Shown: in pieces, positions 58,571-64,000 of the stretch
Numbering within the stretch: position 1 is the stretch's first letter
Layout of the letters: each line of letters begins with the position of its first letter
Source: Candidatus Magasanikiibacteriota bacterium
GTDB taxonomy: Bacteria; Patescibacteriota; Patescibacteriia; Magasanikbacterales; GWA2-37-8
Assembly (NCBI GenBank): GCA_023246655.1
Contig: JAHFHX010000001.1
Coordinates: 28,648 to 92,647, forward strand
Direction: 5' to 3'
Length of the DNA stretch: 64,000 bases
Program-made: the position numbers and the translations under genes
Notes under the pieces: generated by a model
Database searches by the model: none
Told to the model about the DNA's origin: nothing
The model's input: the letters and a program-made list of their open reading frames with translations, nothing else

Positions 58571-58605
58571 TTATCCACAATCCCGACTCAGTCGGGATTT
58601 TTTGT
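58571..58605. promoter_or_regulatory. DnaA box followed by an ATCCCGACTCAGTCGGGAT palindrome
   Basis: TTATCCACA at 58571-58579 abutting the repeat. Confidence 0.55.
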
Positions 58606-58636
58606 TGTACATTAGCCAAAATTACGTAGATATTTT

Positions 58637-58710
58637 TTGGTGTAAAGTGTTGACCAATGTAGTTAAGTGGTGTAAAATGGAAGTAGGTGGGGAAAGGTGG
58701 TGAAAATGCT
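58637..58710 (+). promoter_or_regulatory. putative MraZ-binding repeats
   Basis: GTGG/GTGT/ATGG units at about 10-bp spacing upstream of mraZ. Confidence 0.7.
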
Positions 58711-58734
58711 TGTCCCACTTTTTCTTCCCTCAGT

Positions 58735-59166
58735 ATGTTTATCGGTGAATACAGTCACAATCTTGACGACAAAGGCCGCTTGGCCATCCCCATTAAATTC
58801 CGTCAGGCTTTAAAAAAAGGGGCGGTAGTAACGCGGGGACTTGATAGTTGCCTTTTTTTATACACGTGTGATGAGTGGCAAAAACTCGCCGAGAAATTAG
58901 CCGCGCTTCCAATTAGCCAAGCCAACAGTCGAGCGTTTGCCCGCCTCATGCTTGCGGGTGCTATGGATGTGGAAGTTGATAAACAAGGTCGCGTTATCCT
59001 CCCGGAATACTTACGGCATTTTGCTGGGTTAAAAAAGGGCGTGATTGTCGCCGGTCTCTATAGTCGCTTAGAAATTTGGGATGAAACCAAGTGGGGGATG
59101 TATAAAGGTCAGACTGAGGCCGAGAGTGGAAATATTGCTGAGCGGATGGGGGAGTTGGGTGTGTAG
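58735..59166 (+). CDS. mraZ: transcriptional regulator MraZ
   Basis: MFIGEYSHNLDDKGRLAIP, DKQGRVILP, LEIWD. Confidence 0.97.
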   Translation: MFIGEYSHNLDDKGRLAIPIKFRQALKKGAVVTRGLDSCLFLYTCDEWQKLAEKLAALPISQANSRAFARLMLAGAMDVEVDKQGRVILPEYLRHFAGLKKGVIVAGLYSRLEIWDETKWGMYKGQTEAESGNIAERMGELGV

Positions 59167-59168
59167 CT

Positions 59169-59284
59169 GTCATTGCGAGGAGGAGCTTGGCAGCGACGAC
59201 GAAGCAATCTCCCCGTTTAAGAAATTTTTAGACAGGGGGATTGCCGCGTCGTCCCGATGCGAATCGGGACTCCTCGCAATGACA
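59169..59284. repeat. TGTCATTGCGAG...CTCGCAATGACA palindromic element
   Basis: Same family as 15451-15564. Confidence 0.85.
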
Positions 59285-59292
59285 CAAAAAAT

Positions 59293-60228
59293 ATGCGCCA
59301 TATTCCAGTCTTACCGAATGAAATTACTGACCTTTTACAACCAAAACCAAACCAGAATTTTATCGACTGCACTCTGGGTGATGCCGGGCACGCGGAAATG
59401 ATTCTTGGAAAAACCTCACCCAACGGAAAGTTGTTAGGAATCGACGCTGATCCAGAATCGCTCCTGCGCGCCAAGCAATATCTCTACCAATTTGGTGAGC
59501 GTGTAGTCTACGCGCGTGATAATTTTGTTAACCTGACAAAAATTGTTGCCGAAAATAATTTTGGTCCGGTCAACGGAATTTTGCTGGATCTGGGTTGGTC
59601 TAGTCCGCAGTTTAGTGAGCGGGGAAGAGGGTTTAGTTTTGAGAAGGATGAACCACTTGATATGCGATATCAAGGAAAATCCGAATCACAAAATCCAAAA
59701 TCAGAAACGACAATTGAAACCGCGAGTGAAATTGTTAACCACTATCACGAAGAAGAGTTAGCTCGGATTTTTAAAACCTATGGCGAAGAAAATTTGAGTA
59801 AAGAAATTGCTGCCGCAATTGTTGCGAGTCGAAAGAAACAGCCGATCGAACGTACCAGTCAACTCGTTGAAATTATTCTTGAAGTCTACCAAAAAAAATT
59901 ACATAGCACTAAACAAATTCCTTGGATTGGCGGGCTCCACCCCGCTACCAAAGTTTTTCAAGCTCTGCGAATTGAAGTCAACCACGAACTTGAGATATTA
60001 CAACAAGCATTGCCTCAAGCCGTGGAGATCCTTTGCTCTGGTGGGCACTTAGCTGTTATCAGCTTTCATTCTTTGGAAGATCGAATAGTAAAGCATTATT
60101 TTACATCAATCCAGAATAAATTAATTAAGTTGGTAAACAAAAAACCAATCACAGCGAGTGAAGAAGAGATTAAGCGTAATCCCCGGGCCAGAAGCGCGAA
60201 GTTGCGAGTGGTGGAAAAGATGATGTAG
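59293..60228 (+). CDS. rsmH: 16S rRNA m4C1402 methyltransferase
   Basis: HIPVL, DCTLG.AGH, DLGWSS.Q, PLDMR, FQALRIEVN, SFHSLEDR, NPRARSAKLR. Confidence 0.97.
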   Translation: MRHIPVLPNEITDLLQPKPNQNFIDCTLGDAGHAEMILGKTSPNGKLLGIDADPESLLRAKQYLYQFGERVVYARDNFVNLTKIVAENNFGPVNGILLDLGWSSPQFSERGRGFSFEKDEPLDMRYQGKSESQNPKSETTIETASEIVNHYHEEELARIFKTYGEENLSKEIAAAIVASRKKQPIERTSQLVEIILEVYQKKLHSTKQIPWIGGLHPATKVFQALRIEVNHELEILQQALPQAVEILCSGGHLAVISFHSLEDRIVKHYFTSIQNKLIKLVNKKPITASEEEIKRNPRARSAKLRVVEKMM

Positions 60229-60292
60229 AAAGTAGAGAGTAGAGAGTAGTAAGAAACGTTACCACTCTTTACTCCTTACTTACTACTCACTC

Positions 60293-60661
60293 ATGCAAAT
60301 TATGTCTCTTCGTCTTCGCCTGAAATACAAAATGAATTCAATTCGCCATTTTACCTCTTCTTTTTATTTGCCGTCTTGGATGACCGGTACCGCGATGCGG
60401 GTTATGCTGAGTTTAGTAGTTGTTGTATTAGGTGCTGCCTACGTTATGGAGACTAATACGCTCGCAACCAGTGGCTATGAAATTCATTCATTAGAGCAAC
60501 GGATTAGTTTTTTACATAGTGAGCTGCAGCGTTTGCATACTACCGTGGCCGAGGCTCAATCTATGGCCAGTATTCAGAAGCGTTTGCCAGAGATACAGAT
60601 GGTGGCGGTGACCGATATTATATATCTTAAACTCAATAATGAAGTGGCGGTAGCGAAATGA
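60293..60661 (+). CDS. FtsL-like protein
   Basis: Position after mraZ-rsmH; TM plus coiled coil (GYEIHSLE). Confidence 0.6.
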   Translation: MQIMSLRLRLKYKMNSIRHFTSSFYLPSWMTGTAMRVMLSLVVVVLGAAYVMETNTLATSGYEIHSLEQRISFLHSELQRLHTTVAEAQSMASIQKRLPEIQMVAVTDIIYLKLNNEVAVAK

Positions 60662-60721
60662 TGCCTGTTGACCTTGCAAGAATAATTATGTACCGTAGAT
60701 TTGAGGAGTAAAATTTGACGT

Positions 60722-61099
60722 ATGGAATTATCTGCCCATGAAAAAGCTGCACAACTTGGCCAAAGAAGATCAAAAGAGTTTCAAGAAAGAGAAACAACAA
60801 CAATAGAATTAAGCCCAGCTGTACGAGCACTACAAAAAATTGTGGGGTGGGTAGATTTGTTGCATGAGACCGAGTTCTCTGAATTAGATGGAGATTTTAA
60901 AAACCGAATTAAATTTTTATTTGAAAAAGTTGACGAGTTTAATTCTCAATTTAGTGGTACACTTCCAGAAATATCTCCAGTCATGATTAGCATCATGGTC
61001 GGGGATCAACGTGTTGGGGTAACTTTAAGGACAGATACACGCCAATTATTTCTTCAAATTGATCCAGTGACAATACTCGGTCAATTGTCCTTGGAATAG
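60722..61099 (+). CDS. hypothetical protein
   Basis: Open frame with host-like composition. Confidence 0.6.
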   Translation: MELSAHEKAAQLGQRRSKEFQERETTTIELSPAVRALQKIVGWVDLLHETEFSELDGDFKNRIKFLFEKVDEFNSQFSGTLPEISPVMISIMVGDQRVGVTLRTDTRQLFLQIDPVTILGQLSLE

Positions 61100-61260
61100 G
61101 GGCACTAAGGCGCTCATTATTATCGCGATTACGACGCGTTTTTTTTATTTTTTTTATGTGCTATAATAGAAACGTGAATCAATAAGCACGAATTGTCAGG
61201 AATGGAGTCATGTATTCGTGTAGATTCCTAAACAAAATCGGTATTTCTATTGGTTTCTTT

Positions 61261-61620
61261 ATGTATCTCGTTATTCTCCAACGTCTGTTGCTGGAGGCAG
61301 TATTAGATATTTTCTATTTCCCACTCTGGTGGTATACCGGAGGCGTTAAACACGCTTTATTTTGGTGTTTTAATTTATTTAAAGATGGCAACCGAACTTT
61401 AGCACCCGGACTGTGGTTCCGCAATATTTTTGTTCCCATGTACGGACAATATGATTGGCAAGGGAGAATTATTAGTTTCTTTATCCGTTTAGCCAATGTT
61501 ATTGGACGCATGATGGCGCTTGGTTTTTGGTTTGGTATTTGTATAACCTTATTCGCTGTGTGGTTTATTTTTCCAGTAATAATTATATATGGATTGATTT
61601 CATCATTTATGAAAATATAG
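61261..61620 (+). CDS. small membrane protein preceding the Clp ATPase
   Basis: YFPLWWY, NIFVPMYGQYDWQGRIISF. Confidence 0.7.
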   Translation: MYLVILQRLLLEAVLDIFYFPLWWYTGGVKHALFWCFNLFKDGNRTLAPGLWFRNIFVPMYGQYDWQGRIISFFIRLANVIGRMMALGFWFGICITLFAVWFIFPVIIIYGLISSFMKI

Positions 61621-61638
61621 AGTCCATGTTGTAGCGAT

Positions 61639-64000
61639 ATGTTATTTGAACCTATTCAATCACTTCCACTTTTGATGTGTTCGTATTGTAACGCGAGCGG
61701 TTTTTTGCTGTGGCGACGGTGCAAAGAATGCGGTGGAATGGCCATGGGATATTTTTGGCATAACCGCTGGCTGTATTGGCGCTATCCTTTGACGCGTTAT
61801 AATTTACAACTGGAACGCAGTCGGCGAATATTTAACCGTCTTCGAAGAATTATCGTTTTTCTCTTGGGGGTTAATTTTTTGTTATGGGCGGGGTGGTCTG
61901 GCTATCGCGGAGTGCTCCGCGGTGACCCTACCAGTTTGCTTAATGGCAAAGATTTTTACCGAGGTGTCTTTATGTTATTCCTTGGGGTCGTATGTTTTAG
62001 TTATTTTTTCTATCGTCGATTTCACGATAAGCGGTTGGTTGATTTGGTTGAGCATTATGATTATCGTGATAACGCCGCCTTATATTCTCCGGTAGTCGCC
62101 ATACCGAGCTGGACTCAAGCAAAAAAGATACCACGCCGTCAGCGCCATAATGTCGCCGAAACTTTTACCGACGAGGCACTCTTAATTTTAAGTGATACGT
62201 ATCGTTTGGCCGATAAATTAGGGAGCATCACACTGACGCCGCTTCACTTGTTTTATAGTTTACTTACCCTCAATCAAATTAGTGGTATTTTTATCCGCTT
62301 GGGAATTCCCATTTCCAGTATTCAGCAAAAAATTGGTCCAGCTCTGAAGCAGGCAGGAGGCACCGGTGGGAGGGCGCTCGCCATTACTGACGATGTGCGC
62401 CAAATTCTGTTTCATGCTTACGAAGAAGCGTATCAGGCCCACCAAGAGTACGTCAGTGTTACAGATTTACTGTTAGCGACTGTACGACAGGCGCCAGCGC
62501 TTCAGGACCTTTTATATGATTTTGGTATTGATAAACAAAAACTCACTAATGTGGTTGAATGGGTGAGGATTCGTGAGCGATTGTACCGAAGTTATCGTAA
62601 ATTCCAGCAAGCAGCTCGTCATCGTTCTAAACATGGTATGGACCGTGCCATGACAGCAGTCGCCACACCGTATCTCAATCAATTTAGCGACGATGTAACA
62701 CTCTTGGCACAGTTAGGACACACTAGTCCTTGTGTTGCACGTGATAAAGAAATGGCCGAAGTCTTTCGAATTGTAGAAGGTGGTCAGCAGAATGTAATTC
62801 TCGTGGGGGATTATGGCGTTGGAAAAAAGAGTATCATCGAAGGAATTGCTGATCGTATGGTACAGGATGATGTTCCTGATCGTTTAAAAGATAAGCGTTT
62901 AATTCGGTTAAGCGTGTCATCTCTTCTTGCTGGCACAACGCCATCAGGGGCAGTAGAGCGTCTCATCAATATCATGCGCGAGATTGCTCGGGCGGGGAAT
63001 ATTATTCTCCTCATTCATAATATCCATGAACTCATTGGCGTCTCGGCTGGTGGACAGAGCGAAAGCCTTGATGTGGCGGGGACCCTGGCTGATTACCTCA
63101 CGGGTGGGCGATTTATGACGATTGCCACAACCACCACGGAGGCACACGCTCGCTATATTGCCAATTCTAAACTGAGCACCGTGTTTACTAAGGTAGAAAT
63201 TCTCGAAATGAGCGAAGATCAGGCTATTCAAGTGCTTGAATCAAAAGTGGGGTATATTGAATATAAAAATCACATCTTTTTCTCCTATGAGTCCATTGCC
63301 AAAGCGGTGCAGCTTGCCAAACGTTTTGTACATGATGTGCTGCTTCCGGGGAGCGCTTTGGAAATTATGAGTGAAGCAGCTAGTTTTACTCATAACAAAA
63401 AAGGGAAAGATACACTTGTCACCGGCGAAGAAGTGGCGGTAGTAGTGGCTGAAAAAACTAAAATTCCAGTTACTACTGTGTCGGCCGATGAAACTACTAA
63501 GCTCTTACATCTTGAAGAAACCATGCACCAAAGGGTCATTGGCCAGGATGAAGCGGTAAGTTTGGTTGCCAATTCACTCCGGCGCGCTCGCGCTCAGATT
63601 CGTGCTACCACCAAACCAATTGCCAACTTTTTATTTCTGGGGCCAACGGGTGTTGGTAAAACCGAACTTACCAAGACAATCGCGGAGGTCTATTTTGGCG
63701 GAGAAAATCGCATGGTACGGCTTGACATGAGTGAGTATCAGGATAAGACCAGTATTTATCGTCTGATTGGCGCACCAGGAGAGAAAGGGACGGGAATTTT
63801 AACCGAAGCTATTCGTCGTAATCCATTCGCCCTTCTTTTGCTTGATGAAATTGAAAAGGCTGATAAAGATGTCCTTAATCTTTTTTTACAAGTGATGGAT
63901 GATGGCCGCCTAACGGATAGCACCGGTCGCGTGGTAGACTTTACTAATATAATTTTGATTGCGACATCCAATGCTGGCACCAGCTACGTGCAGGAACAAC
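61639..64000 (+). CDS. ClpA/B/C-family AAA+ ATPase with N-terminal CxxC...CxxC and two TM segments (3'-partial)
   Basis: Translated by hand (absent from the track because it has no stop in the window): LVGDYGVGK, VIGQDEAV, FLGPTGVGKTE, RLDMSEY, LLDEIEKA, GRLTDS. Confidence 0.92.
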   Translation, partial: MLFEPIQSLPLLMCSYCNASGFLLWRRCKECGGMAMGYFWHNRWLYWRYPLTRYNLQLERSRRIFNRLRRIIVFLLGVNFLLWAGWSGYRGVLRGDPTSLLNGKDFYRGVFMLFLGVVCFSYFFYRRFHDKRLVDLVEHYDYRDNAALYSPVVAIPSWTQAKKIPRRQRHNVAETFTDEALLILSDTYRLADKLGSITLTPLHLFYSLLTLNQISGIFIRLGIPISSIQQKIGPALKQAGGTGGRALAITDDVRQILFHAYEEAYQAHQEYVSVTDLLLATVRQAPALQDLLYDFGIDKQKLTNVVEWVRIRERLYRSYRKFQQAARHRSKHGMDRAMTAVATPYLNQFSDDVTLLAQLGHTSPCVARDKEMAEVFRIVEGGQQNVILVGDYGVGKKSIIEGIADRMVQDDVPDRLKDKRLIRLSVSSLLAGTTPSGAVERLINIMREIARAGNIILLIHNIHELIGVSAGGQSESLDVAGTLADYLTGGRFMTIATTTTEAHARYIANSKLSTVFTKVEILEMSEDQAIQVLESKVGYIEYKNHIFFSYESIAKAVQLAKRFVHDVLLPGSALEIMSEAASFTHNKKGKDTLVTGEEVAVVVAEKTKIPVTTVSADETTKLLHLEETMHQRVIGQDEAVSLVANSLRRARAQIRATTKPIANFLFLGPTGVGKTELTKTIAEVYFGGENRMVRLDMSEYQDKTSIYRLIGAPGEKGTGILTEAIRRNPFALLLLDEIEKADKDVLNLFLQVMDDGRLTDSTGRVVDFTNIILIATSNAGTSYVQEQ

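Noticed and set aside
58561-58640. Replication origin
   Set aside because: Only a single DnaA box, with no box cluster and no dnaA/dnaN nearby

Overview
Bacterial chromosome segment with an AT-leaning background. Gene content, the shortened HrcA, weak or absent Shine-Dalgarno use and the repeat families are consistent with Patescibacteria/CPR (inference). Housekeeping content: oxidative pentose phosphate cluster with GDH (gnd-zwf-gdhA-pgl), cls, rarA, a tsaE fusion, gatCA, tandem LOG, lgt, tRNA-Ser, yidC, a CIRCE-controlled hrcA-grpE-hsp20...dnaK-dnaJ cluster carrying queF and orphan membrane-anchored genes, a frameshifted ECF sigma module, rnhA, murA, S41 protease, era, rplI, pyrG, glycosyltransferases, recJ, lepA, murJ, an MBL nuclease, mraZ-rsmH-ftsL-like, and a membrane-anchored Clp ATPase (truncated by the window). 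Most notable: (1) at 6.5-7.7 kb, three unannotated minus-strand leader-peptide/antiterminator/terminator modules rich in aromatic codons. Two are in tandem ahead of a GC-rich ATP-grasp ligase gene; one (FFFYF) lies ahead of a Pro-rich sORF and an atypical tRNA-Phe. (2) Five GC-rich, SD-led minus-strand mini-units, each with a long downstream hairpin, two sharing an identical 60-nt hairpin. (3) Several palindromic and 7/9-mer repeat families, some inserted in-frame in core proteins. Start codons were adjusted by eye from the ORF track, and GC statements are visual estimates.
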